NCBI GenBank assembly: GCA_016867965.1
Contig: VGIH01000001.1
Location: forward strand, 1 to 48,729
Direction of reading: 5' to 3'
DNA from: Betaproteobacteria bacterium
Lineage (GTDB): Bacteria > Pseudomonadota > Gammaproteobacteria > Burkholderiales > Burkholderiaceae
Length of the DNA: 48,729 nucleotides
Below, piece by piece: positions 1 to 8,729 of the stretch (position 1 is the stretch's first letter; each line of letters starts with the position of its first letter). The translations under genes and the position numbers were made by a program. The notes beneath the pieces were generated by a model. The model had not been told where the DNA came from. It did not search any database and saw only the letters and a program-made list of their open reading frames with translations.

Positions 1-76
1 ATTATAGGGTGCAAGCGCTTAGATACCAAATAAATGATAGACGGCCATTCCTAAATACTAAGGTCAAGGCTTTGGT

Positions 77-3000
77 ATGAGCGACTCAAGCGCAATCGTT
101 TGGCATGCGTTGCGGGGTAAGCCCATCGCATTCCCCGAGAGTTTGCCAGTCTCTTCCCAGCGTGAAGTGATCGCTAAAGCCTTACTAGAAAGCCCTGTGA
201 TCATTGTTTGTGGGGAAACGGGTTCGGGTAAAACAACCCAGCTCCCCAAAATTTGTTTAGCCTTGGGCCGCGGCAAAATCAACCAAGGTGGACTCATTGG
301 CCATACACAGCCTCGTCGTATTGCCGCCACAAGTACCGCTAAACGAATTGCGCAAGAGCTGGGCACTCCCATCGGCGAGGATGTGGGTTATCAAGTCCGC
401 TTTGCTGATCACACCAGTAACCAAGCGTCGATCAAATTGATGACCGATGGGATTTTGTTGGCTGAGACCCAGGCTGACCCACTTCTGAAAAAATACGACA
501 CCATCATCATTGATGAGGCCCATGAGCGCAGCCTGAATATTGATTTCTTACTGGGGTATCTCAAACAGCTGATCGCTAAGCGACCTGATCTTAGGCTCAT
601 CATTACCTCAGCAACAATCGATGCGCAACGCTTTGCCAATCATTTTGCAAGCCATGGTCAAGCTGCTCCAGTGATTGAGGTGAGTGGTCGACTCTTCCCG
701 GTGGAGCAACGTTATGCGCCATTGCAAGTTGATGGTCAGAAAGAGTCACTAGAAATTCCTGAGGCGGTTTGCAAAGCAATTGGTGAAGTGTGGCGAGAGG
801 GTGCTGCTGGGGCTGGCGATGTCTTAGTGTTCTTACCGGGCGAGCGGGAGATTCGGGAGTGTGCCGAGGCATTGCGCAAAGACCCATTGTTGCAACAGCG
901 TTTTCATCCGGAGATCTTGAGTTTGTTTGCACGGCAAGCCGTGAGTGAGCAAGAGCGAGTATTCCAGACAGGGAGTGGTCGCCGAATTGTGTTGGCAACG
1001 AATGTGGCTGAGACCTCGTTGACCGTGCCGAACATTCGGTATGTGATTGATTCAGGATTGGCGCGGGTCAAACGTTACTCGTATCGCAACAAGGTTGAGC
1101 AACTTCAAGTGGAGCCGATTTCTCAAGCCGCGGCTAACCAGCGGGCTGGCCGATGCGGTCGTGTAGCCGACGGTATTTGTATTCGCCTCTACAGTGAGGC
1201 AGATTATCAAGGACGTCCTGCATATACCGATCCAGAAATCTTGCGCAGCTCTCTGGCCGCCGTGATTCTGCGCATGGCTGCTTTGCGCCTACCGAACATC
1301 GCACAATTTCCCTTTATTGATAAACCCTTGGGTCGAGCAATTGTCGACGGCATGCAGCTTTTAGAGGAGCTGGGTGCGATTGAGAGCACCACCAAGCCTG
1401 ATTTACACGGGCAACATCGGGTTCAACTGAGTGCAATAGGGAAGGCACTAGTTGAGCTGCCCTTAGATCCTCGAATTGGACGTATCTTGTTAGCTGCGCG
1501 TGAGCAGCAGGCACTCAAAGAGCTCACCATTATTGCTTCTGCCATGGCCTGCCAGGATCCGCGTGAACGACCCATGGAATTTGCGAGTGCGGCTGATCAA
1601 GCTCACTTGCAATTTGCGGATGAGCGCTCTGAGTTTTTGTCATTCGTGAAGTTGTGGAACTGGTATCAAGAGGCTCTTAAACATAAACAAAGTAATCGAC
1701 AGCTTGAGAATCAGTGCCGCAGTCTTTTTCTCTCACCAAGGCGACTTCGTGAGTGGCGCGATGTGCATGGGCAATTGCATGTCTTGCTGGCGGAGAAGGG
1801 CTGGAAAGAAAATCAAACACCAGCAACCTATGAACAAATTCATACAGCGCTCCTCACCGGTCTGCTTGGCTATATTGGCAAGCGCGATGAAGACGCAAGC
1901 GATCAGCGCGGCAATAAAGCAGGCGATTATCTTGGAGCCCGGGGGATTCGTCTCTTTATTTGGCCAGGATCTAGTCTGGGTAAAAAGGTGGGGGCGTGGT
2001 TTGTGGCTGGTGAGATTCAAGAGACCACCCGCTTGTATGCCAGAACCTTAGCCAAGATCGAACCACAGTGGATTGAACGGGTTGCTAAACACCGCTTAGT
2101 GAAGTCGCTCAGTGATCCGTTTTGGGATAAAGAGCGCGGCGAGGTCTTAGCGTTCGAACGCGCCACGCTGTATGGTTTACCGGTTTACCACGGTCGACGG
2201 GTGGCCTATGCCCCCCATGATGCAAGCGAAGCCCATCAGTTGTTTATTCAGAAAGCGTTAGTCGATGGCGAGATGTTTGGTAAGGTCGACACACCAGCTT
2301 TAGAACGCGAGACCCAAGCGGAGGCAAAACGCCGTTACGGTAAATTATTTGCCTTCTTTTGGCACAACCGTCAACTGATCCGAGAGATTGAGGCGCTGGA
2401 ACATCGATCACGCCGCCCTGATGTATTAGTAGATGATGAGCTACTGTGCGCGTTCTATCGCGAACGAATTCCAGAGACCGTCTATAGCCGCAGCGGTCTC
2501 CAAGCCTGGCTTGAGGAGGATCGTGCCAATTTGGAACAAAAGGATCAGAGTCTGCGACTTCAGAAATCAAACCTGATGCGCCATGAAGCAGCAGGCATTA
2601 GTGCAGACCGTTACCCCAAGACAATTGTGATGAATGGCGTAAGCCTGCAAACCAGTTACCACTTTGAACCGGGCAGTCCCAAGGATGGCATCACCCTAAT
2701 TGTGCCAATCACCGTTCTCAATCAAGTCGATGCCATTCAGGCAGAGTGGCTCGTACCAGGCCTTTGTGTTGAGAAAGTGCAACTCCTTCTTAAATCCTTA
2801 CCGCAAAAGATCCGCCGCCATTGCGTCCCCTTGCCAGAAAGTGCTAAACAGTTTGTTCAAGAACGGCTAGATACCAACTCCTTCGGAAAGGGCGATCTCA
2901 CCGATTGCCTCATGCGTTTTATTCGTAGTCAGAATCCTATTGAAATTAAGCGATCTGACTTTCGGCCTGAGACCTTGCCAGCGCATTGCCACATGAACTT

Positions 3001-4027
3001 TCGTTTAATTGATGAACATGGCCGGCAACTAGAGTTAGAGCGTAATTTAAATCGTTTACGCAGCGAGTATGGGGGGATGGCGCGAGATGCCTTCCAGAAC
3101 CTTGCCGATACCAATATAAAAACTGTACAAACCGATCAAGCACAAGCATCGCCCATTCAGAAGGGCAGTTATCAGACTTGGGATTTTGGTGAGTTACCAC
3201 AAACCGTCACCATGACCCGTGGGAACCAAACGATTCAGGGCTATCCGGCATTGGTGGATCGCAAAACAGCTGTCGAACTTGAAGTATTTGATGACCCAGC
3301 AGAAGCCAAACGGGTTCATCGGCAAGGTTTATGTCGCTTATACAGTGTGGTTCTAAAAGAGCATACGAAGGCTTTGCATAAACAATTACCCCATGCCCGT
3401 GAAATCGGCTTACTCTTTATTCAATTGGGGTCGGTTGAAGAGTTGATTGAGCATATTGGAATGATGGCCATTGAACGTGCCATGCTACAGAACCAAGAGC
3501 CCACCAACAAAATACAGTTTGAGGAATCGCTAAAGCAGGGTAAACCGCGACTCATGCTGATTGCAGGTGAGATCGCTAAACATGTCTTAGCCAGTTTGCA
3601 AGAGTATGCTGAACTGCATAAGAAGTTAATTGCAGCCAAGGCCCTATCGAGTAGTGCCTACGACGATATGCGTTCTCAACTGCAAGGATTGATTCATGCG
3701 CAGTTTGTCAAACAGGTTCCTTATGAGCACTTGGTGCATCTACCACGTTACCTCAAGGCGATTGCACTCCGGATTGATAAACTTCGCAGCAATGCCAGCC
3801 GGGATGCCCAAAACCAGCGCGATTGGGAATCGGTTGCGAGACCGTGGCAGCGGATGGCGCAAGAGAGCAAAGGCATGCTTGGGATGAATGATGAGCACAA
3901 TACGCGCTTACGCGAGTTCCGATGGCAACTCGAAGAGTTACGGGTTGCCTTATTTGCTCAAGAGCTCAAGACCCCCATGCCAATGTCGGTCAAGCGCCTT
4001 GAGAAGGTCTTGGCCAGCTTGCGTTAA
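77..4027 (+). CDS. hrpA: ATP-dependent RNA helicase HrpA (DEAH box)
   Basis: 1316 aa; GETGSGKTTQ, TQPRRIAA, DEAHER, SAT, QRAGRCGR helicase motifs; long C-terminal region ending EELRVALFAQEL typical of HrpA. Confidence 0.96.
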   Translation: MSDSSAIVWHALRGKPIAFPESLPVSSQREVIAKALLESPVIIVCGETGSGKTTQLPKICLALGRGKINQGGLIGHTQPRRIAATSTAKRIAQELGTPIGEDVGYQVRFADHTSNQASIKLMTDGILLAETQADPLLKKYDTIIIDEAHERSLNIDFLLGYLKQLIAKRPDLRLIITSATIDAQRFANHFASHGQAAPVIEVSGRLFPVEQRYAPLQVDGQKESLEIPEAVCKAIGEVWREGAAGAGDVLVFLPGEREIRECAEALRKDPLLQQRFHPEILSLFARQAVSEQERVFQTGSGRRIVLATNVAETSLTVPNIRYVIDSGLARVKRYSYRNKVEQLQVEPISQAAANQRAGRCGRVADGICIRLYSEADYQGRPAYTDPEILRSSLAAVILRMAALRLPNIAQFPFIDKPLGRAIVDGMQLLEELGAIESTTKPDLHGQHRVQLSAIGKALVELPLDPRIGRILLAAREQQALKELTIIASAMACQDPRERPMEFASAADQAHLQFADERSEFLSFVKLWNWYQEALKHKQSNRQLENQCRSLFLSPRRLREWRDVHGQLHVLLAEKGWKENQTPATYEQIHTALLTGLLGYIGKRDEDASDQRGNKAGDYLGARGIRLFIWPGSSLGKKVGAWFVAGEIQETTRLYARTLAKIEPQWIERVAKHRLVKSLSDPFWDKERGEVLAFERATLYGLPVYHGRRVAYAPHDASEAHQLFIQKALVDGEMFGKVDTPALERETQAEAKRRYGKLFAFFWHNRQLIREIEALEHRSRRPDVLVDDELLCAFYRERIPETVYSRSGLQAWLEEDRANLEQKDQSLRLQKSNLMRHEAAGISADRYPKTIVMNGVSLQTSYHFEPGSPKDGITLIVPITVLNQVDAIQAEWLVPGLCVEKVQLLLKSLPQKIRRHCVPLPESAKQFVQERLDTNSFGKGDLTDCLMRFIRSQNPIEIKRSDFRPETLPAHCHMNFRLIDEHGRQLELERNLNRLRSEYGGMARDAFQNLADTNIKTVQTDQAQASPIQKGSYQTWDFGELPQTVTMTRGNQTIQGYPALVDRKTAVELEVFDDPAEAKRVHRQGLCRLYSVVLKEHTKALHKQLPHAREIGLLFIQLGSVEELIEHIGMMAIERAMLQNQEPTNKIQFEESLKQGKPRLMLIAGEIAKHVLASLQEYAELHKKLIAAKALSSSAYDDMRSQLQGLIHAQFVKQVPYEHLVHLPRYLKAIALRIDKLRSNASRDAQNQRDWESVARPWQRMAQESKGMLGMNDEHNTRLREFRWQLEELRVALFAQELKTPMPMSVKRLEKVLASLR

Positions 4028-4073
4028 TAGGCCTAGTGTTATTAGGCCTATGCCTGTAAGGCTCGGCCTTACA
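4027..4073. repeat. Two tandem inverted repeats in the hrpA-YVTN spacer
   Basis: ATAGGCCTA(4027-4035)/TAGGCCTAT(4043-4051) and TGTAAGGC(4055-4062)/GCCTTACA(4066-4073); no U-tract. Confidence 0.6.
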
Positions 4074-4075
4074 AT
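4070..4075 (+). promoter_or_regulatory. Putative -10 element (leaderless start of the YVTN gene)
   Basis: TACAAT followed by 6 nt (CACACC) and ATG 4082; no SD. Confidence 0.55.
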
Positions 4076-4081
4076 CACACC

Positions 4082-5068
4082 ATGCAATTAATTCAACGAC
4101 TCGTATTTACTCTATTAGCCTCATTGCTGGGGATTTCAGCAGCGTTTGCTGCACCCACCGAACCTAAGCTCGCAGTTGTTCTGAACTCTGGTGAAGCAAC
4201 GGTAAGTCTCATCGACATGCAAACGCGCAAGGTTACAAAAACCTTTTATGTTGGGAAGGAGCCGCATCATTTAATGATGACCCCGGATGAGAAAACCCTT
4301 CTTGTTGCCAATGCGGTGGGCGATGACATCGCCTTACTCAACCCATTGACCGGTGAGATTACAGGGCGGATTCCCAAAATTATTGATCCCTACCAAATTG
4401 GGTATTCACCAAACAATAAATGGTTTGTGGCAGCAGCCAATCGCTTGGACCGTGTGGATGTGTACGCAGCGAATGGCGCTGACTTTAAGTTAGCCAAATC
4501 CATTCCTGCTGCGAAGACCCCGAGTCATATTGCTTTTACAGCCGATAGCAAACTGGCATTTGTGACATTACAAGATTCTGCCGAAGTGGTGGCGATTGAT
4601 CTTGATAAACAAGTGATCGTTTGGCGCATGCGCACTGGACCCGTGCCTGCCGGGTTGTGGATGACTCCTAATGATCAGTATTTATTGGTTGGCATTACTG
4701 GGGCTGATTATGTGCAGGTGATTGATTGGCGCAATCAAAAAGAGATCAAACGAATCAAAACCGGCAACGGAGCGCATAACTTTCGACCCATGGGTGATAA
4801 GAAGCATGTTTTTGTGACCAATCGTGTGGCGAACTCGATTAGTTTGTTGAACATGCAAACGCTTGAGAAGATCAGTGAAATTACAGGTTTGCCTGCAGGG
4901 CCTGACGATATGGAGTTAACGCCCGATGGTAAAACTCTATGGGTCACCTTGCGCTTCTCAAAACGAGTGGGTGTTATTGATGTACCCTCGATGAAACTGA
5001 TTGATGTGATTCCGGTAGGGCGTTCTCCACACGGCGTCTTTTTCTATCCCCGGGCTAAGTGGGAATAG
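4082..5068 (+). CDS. Exported YVTN/YncE-family 7-bladed beta-propeller protein
   Basis: Signal peptide ending AFA; ~42-aa repeats such as VSLID..VGKEPHHLMMTPDEKTLLVAN and GPDDMELTPDGKTLWVT. Confidence 0.85.
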   Translation: MQLIQRLVFTLLASLLGISAAFAAPTEPKLAVVLNSGEATVSLIDMQTRKVTKTFYVGKEPHHLMMTPDEKTLLVANAVGDDIALLNPLTGEITGRIPKIIDPYQIGYSPNNKWFVAAANRLDRVDVYAANGADFKLAKSIPAAKTPSHIAFTADSKLAFVTLQDSAEVVAIDLDKQVIVWRMRTGPVPAGLWMTPNDQYLLVGITGADYVQVIDWRNQKEIKRIKTGNGAHNFRPMGDKKHVFVTNRVANSISLLNMQTLEKISEITGLPAGPDDMELTPDGKTLWVTLRFSKRVGVIDVPSMKLIDVIPVGRSPHGVFFYPRAKWE

Positions 5069-5078
5069 TGAGTCTCGC

Positions 5079-5828
5079 ATGCGAATGATTCGTTATCCAC
5101 TCATCACCGCATGCATTCTCTGGAGCCAACTTGGATTGGCTCAAACCAATACTTGCAAAAATACCGCGTACCTTACTTTTGATACCGGTAATATGGCGGT
5201 TGCTGAGTACATTGCCCAGGTGCTCAAGCAGCAGAACATCAAAGCCACCTTCTTTTTAGCGAATGAGAAAACCAAACAGGGCGGTTATTCATTAGATGAT
5301 TCATGGAAGGGGTATTGGCAAGCAAGGCTTCAAGAGGGCCATCGTTTTGGTAGTCATACTTACGATCACAGCTATTGGGTTCAAGATGCTGGTGAGAGTG
5401 ATGTGCTCTTAAGACCTCAGTTTGGTAAGAACGCCGGCAAAGCAATTCGTTTTGATCAAGCTCAACTGTGCACCGAAATATCCAAAGTAAGCACCCGTTT
5501 TCAAGAGCTAACGGGTAAGCCAATTGATCCCATCTGGCGTGCGCCAGGTGGCAAGACCTCCCCTCGACTGATTGCCATGGGTGAGCGGTGTGGCTATCGC
5601 CATATTGGTTGGTCCCCGAGCGGCTTCTTGGGCGATGAGTTGGACTCAAAGCGTTTTCCGAATGCAAAGTTACTGGAGCAGGCAAGTCGAGGTCTCAAGA
5701 ATGGCGATATTGCCATTGCCCATTTAGGTATTTGGTCCCGCGAGGATCCGTGGGCGCCCGCGGTACTCGAGCCCCTCATTGAGAACTGGAAAAAACGCGG
5801 CTTCTGCTTCGCCTTGATCCCGAATTGA
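5079..5828 (+). CDS. Exported polysaccharide deacetylase (NodB/CE4) family protein
   Basis: YLTFDTG, ATFFL, GSHTYDH, WRAPGG, GDIAIAH motifs; N-terminal signal peptide; alternative start 5085. Confidence 0.85.
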   Translation: MRMIRYPLITACILWSQLGLAQTNTCKNTAYLTFDTGNMAVAEYIAQVLKQQNIKATFFLANEKTKQGGYSLDDSWKGYWQARLQEGHRFGSHTYDHSYWVQDAGESDVLLRPQFGKNAGKAIRFDQAQLCTEISKVSTRFQELTGKPIDPIWRAPGGKTSPRLIAMGERCGYRHIGWSPSGFLGDELDSKRFPNAKLLEQASRGLKNGDIAIAHLGIWSREDPWAPAVLEPLIENWKKRGFCFALIPN

Positions 5829-5841
5829 CGATAATAGAGAC

Positions 5842-6840
5842 ATGAGCCTGATTCAATCGATTCAAGACACCTACGCGGATTTGCACACTTGGTTGTATAC
5901 GCAGATGGTCGAACCCCTTTTGTTCCATGCCGGAGCGATGGCATGGGCTGAAGATTTGTTTGATGGCACCGAATGGTTCATGTTGGGTCTGATTCAGATT
6001 TTGATCATTGCGATTGTGTTAAGGACCTGGGAGCGGATCAATCCAGCGGAGACCCAAATCAATGCAAGATCGTATGTGCGTACGGACATGCTCTATACGA
6101 TGATCCATCGCCTGGGTTTATTCCATGGCGTGTTCTTTATTCTGTTCTCCAGTTTATTTTTCTACCTCTCTGGTGTCCTTCACGATTGGCGCTTTGAGCG
6201 CTTTAACGTTGAGGGCTGGATCCCGGGTGTAACTACCATCCCCATTGTTAGTTTTCTGATCTATTTAGTGATACTGGATTTCATTGACTACTGGTATCAC
6301 CATGCGTCGCATCGCTTTCATTGGTGGTGGCAGTTGCATGCTTTGCACCATAGCCAAACGCAGATGACCGCTTGGTCGGATGACCGTAATCACATCGTTG
6401 ATGATCTGATGCGGGCAATGGTTTTTGCTTTCTTTGCTTTGATTTTTGGCGTACCACCTGGACAATTTATATTTTTGGTTGTAGTGGGGCAGCTGGTGCA
6501 GAGCTGGCAGCATGCCAATCTGAATATTGATCTTGGCCCTGCAAAGTATTTATTGGTATCCCCTTTATTTCATCGCTATCACCACGCAGTAGGCTATGGC
6601 CATGATGCGCCAGGTAAGCCCGGGGTATTAGGTGGTTGTAATTTTGGTGTGTTATTTCCTTGGTGGGATCTGGCATTTGGTACAGCCGTGTTTGAGAAGC
6701 GTGTTTTTCCAACAGGCGTTCGTAATCTCGAGGTATCGAATAATCTTCTAGTGCAGCAATGGCAGGGCCTCACGCATTCCTTGCGACATTTATTGGATCT
6801 GCCTCGGTCAACAGAGACTAAATCTAAATCGGTCAGCTAA
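5842..6840 (+). CDS. Sterol desaturase / fatty acid hydroxylase superfamily membrane di-iron enzyme
   Basis: His boxes YWYHHASH, LHALHHS, WQHAN, FHRYHHA; NFGVLFPWWDLAFGT; several TM segments. Confidence 0.88.
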   Translation: MSLIQSIQDTYADLHTWLYTQMVEPLLFHAGAMAWAEDLFDGTEWFMLGLIQILIIAIVLRTWERINPAETQINARSYVRTDMLYTMIHRLGLFHGVFFILFSSLFFYLSGVLHDWRFERFNVEGWIPGVTTIPIVSFLIYLVILDFIDYWYHHASHRFHWWWQLHALHHSQTQMTAWSDDRNHIVDDLMRAMVFAFFALIFGVPPGQFIFLVVVGQLVQSWQHANLNIDLGPAKYLLVSPLFHRYHHAVGYGHDAPGKPGVLGGCNFGVLFPWWDLAFGTAVFEKRVFPTGVRNLEVSNNLLVQQWQGLTHSLRHLLDLPRSTETKSKSVS

Positions 6841-6858
6841 GTGGATAAAGGAGCATGA

Positions 6859-7728
6859 TTGTCTGATTTAATTCGTTCATTGGGTCTGGCATTGGTCGGC
6901 ACCATGCACCCAAAAATGCTGTGGCTTAGCTTTCGTCCATTTTTAATTGTGTCGATCTTTTGGGGCGTAGTGATTTGGTTGATCTGGTCGCTTGCACTAG
7001 AGATGCTACGCACCTTCTTAACCGCATCGATCTTCACGAGTTGGATTCAATCGGGCCTTGAGTACGTTGGCTTTGATGAGGCACGCGCTTGGATCGCACC
7101 CTTGTTCTTGGTGATCCTATTAATACCAATTATTGCCATTAGCCTCTTGGTCTTTATTGCATTCTCAACTGTTCCTGCTGTGGTTGATTCGGTCGCGAAA
7201 CAAAAAGCCTACGAAGGAATCATGCGAATCAAAGGCGGCAGCTTTGTTGGCAGCTTCTTTTACACCCTGTGGTCTGCATTCATTTGCTTGGCCTTAGTGA
7301 TGCTGACTTTGCCGGTATGGTGGATTCCACCACTCTTTGCAATTTTGCCGCCACTCTTGTGGGGCTGGTTAACCATGCGCCTCATGGCCTACGATGTTTT
7401 GCTAGATCACGCAACACCTGATGAGCGCAACCAATTACTTGAAGAGCATCGCTGGACTCTTCTAGGTATGGGTGTGGTCGCCGGCATGATTGGTGCAGTC
7501 CCAACTTTCTTTTGGGCCACCTCGGTATTGGCCTTAGTTCTCTTCCCATTTGTATCCTTTGTAGCGCTATGGATCTATTCCCTAATCTTTATCTTCTCCG
7601 CTCTTTGGTTTAGTCACTTCTTATTGTATGCACTCAAGCAATTGCGTCAGAAAGAACACATGAACACGATTGATACCTCGGCAACCTTGATCGCTAATAC
7701 ATCGAACCCAGGAGCAATTGATGGCTAG
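6859..7728 (+). CDS. EI24/CysZ-like integral membrane protein
   Basis: TTG start 5 nt after AAGGAG; multiple TM helices; LWGWLTMRLMAYDVL..HA...ER signature. Confidence 0.75.
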   Translation: MSDLIRSLGLALVGTMHPKMLWLSFRPFLIVSIFWGVVIWLIWSLALEMLRTFLTASIFTSWIQSGLEYVGFDEARAWIAPLFLVILLIPIIAISLLVFIAFSTVPAVVDSVAKQKAYEGIMRIKGGSFVGSFFYTLWSAFICLALVMLTLPVWWIPPLFAILPPLLWGWLTMRLMAYDVLLDHATPDERNQLLEEHRWTLLGMGVVAGMIGAVPTFFWATSVLALVLFPFVSFVALWIYSLIFIFSALWFSHFLLYALKQLRQKEHMNTIDTSATLIANTSNPGAIDG

Positions 7729-8542
7729 AGAGGAGCAGCGTCGCTTTGGCTTAATCGTCATTGGTGATGAGATTTTGTCAGGTCGCCGCAGTGATAAACA
7801 CTTAAGCAAGATGATTGAGTTATTAAGCGAGCGGGGCTTGCACTTGTCATGGGCTCGTTATGTGGCCGATGATCCAAATCAAATTACGCAAACCCTCAAA
7901 GAGACATTTGCGAGCGGTGATGTGGTCTTTAGTACTGGCGGTATTGGTGCAACACCCGATGACCATACACGACAGGCCGCTGCTCGTGCTTTGGGTGTTG
8001 ATCTTAATCTGCATCCGCAAGCTAAAGCGTTAATTACTGCGCGCATTATTGCCAGTGCCGAGGGTGATTCCATTAAAGCCGATCTCAATCGTGCAGTGAA
8101 TCAACATCGCTTTAAGATGGGTGAGTTTCCAGTGGGTAGCGAGATTATTCCCAACCCGTACAACCAGATTCCGGGGTTTCGGATTCATGAGCATCATTTT
8201 TTCCCGGGATTTCCGGTTATGGCTGCGCCGATGATGGCCTGGTGTTTGGATGAGCACTACCGTGATCATTTTCATCAAACCAATTGGCTTGAGCAGAGTT
8301 TTATTGTGCCCAGCGGGATTGAATCCACCTTAACGCCACTCATGGAATCGGTTGAGTCTGAGTTTGAAGGCATCAAAGTATTTAGCTTGCCCTCGGTCGG
8401 CGATCCGATCCGGGGTGGGGTGTTTGCCAAGCGCCATATCGAGTTAGGCGTGAAGGGTGATCCGGATATCGTGCCAATGGCCCTTGAAAAGCTCAAATTA
8501 GGCACTGCTGATCTTGGTTTTGAGGTCCTTATTCACCAATAA
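7721..8542 (+). CDS. Molybdopterin-binding / CinA N-terminal-like (COG1058) protein
   Basis: GLIVIGDEILSG, GGIGATPDDHT, FPGFP motifs; GGAG SD before ATG 7721; no PncC C-terminal domain. Confidence 0.85.
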   Translation: MAREEQRRFGLIVIGDEILSGRRSDKHLSKMIELLSERGLHLSWARYVADDPNQITQTLKETFASGDVVFSTGGIGATPDDHTRQAAARALGVDLNLHPQAKALITARIIASAEGDSIKADLNRAVNQHRFKMGEFPVGSEIIPNPYNQIPGFRIHEHHFFPGFPVMAAPMMAWCLDEHYRDHFHQTNWLEQSFIVPSGIESTLTPLMESVESEFEGIKVFSLPSVGDPIRGGVFAKRHIELGVKGDPDIVPMALEKLKLGTADLGFEVLIHQ

Positions 8543-8553
8543 ATTATCTTTAT

Positions 8554-8570
8554 TGCACTTTTATTGTGCA
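8554..8570. promoter_or_regulatory. NtrC binding site 1 upstream of glnA
   Basis: TGCAC-TTTTATT-GTGCA, exact TGCAC-N7-GTGCA. Confidence 0.88.
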
Positions 8571-8593
8571 AAAATAGACTAAATCATTATTTA

Positions 8594-8610
8594 TTCACCA
8601 AAATAGTGCA
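8594..8610. promoter_or_regulatory. NtrC binding site 2 upstream of glnA
   Basis: TTCAC-CAAAATA-GTGCA, 40 bp from site 1. Confidence 0.8.
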
Positions 8611-8669
8611 AAATGGTGATTTCGTGCAATCGCGCACGAGTAAAGTTCATACCATGTATTAAATCGGAA

Positions 8670-8686
8670 TTGGCATGGTTAGCGCC
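8670..8686 (+). promoter_or_regulatory. Sigma54 (-24/-12) promoter of glnA
   Basis: TTGGCATGGTTAGCGCC: GG(8672-73)-N10-GC(8684-85), downstream of the NtrC boxes. Confidence 0.8.
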
Positions 8687-8729
8687 ATGTTGTTGAAAAA
8701 CGCTTTATCTATTCATTGAGGAGAGTTGC

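Noticed and set aside
1-6. ATTATA at the window edge (TATAAT on the minus strand), a possible promoter of a divergent gene
   Set aside because: The gene it would serve lies outside the window, so it cannot be supported.
5075-5084. Perfect 10-bp palindrome TCGCATGCGA over the deacetylase ATG
   Set aside because: Too short and has no loop; palindromes of this length are expected by chance in 48 kb.
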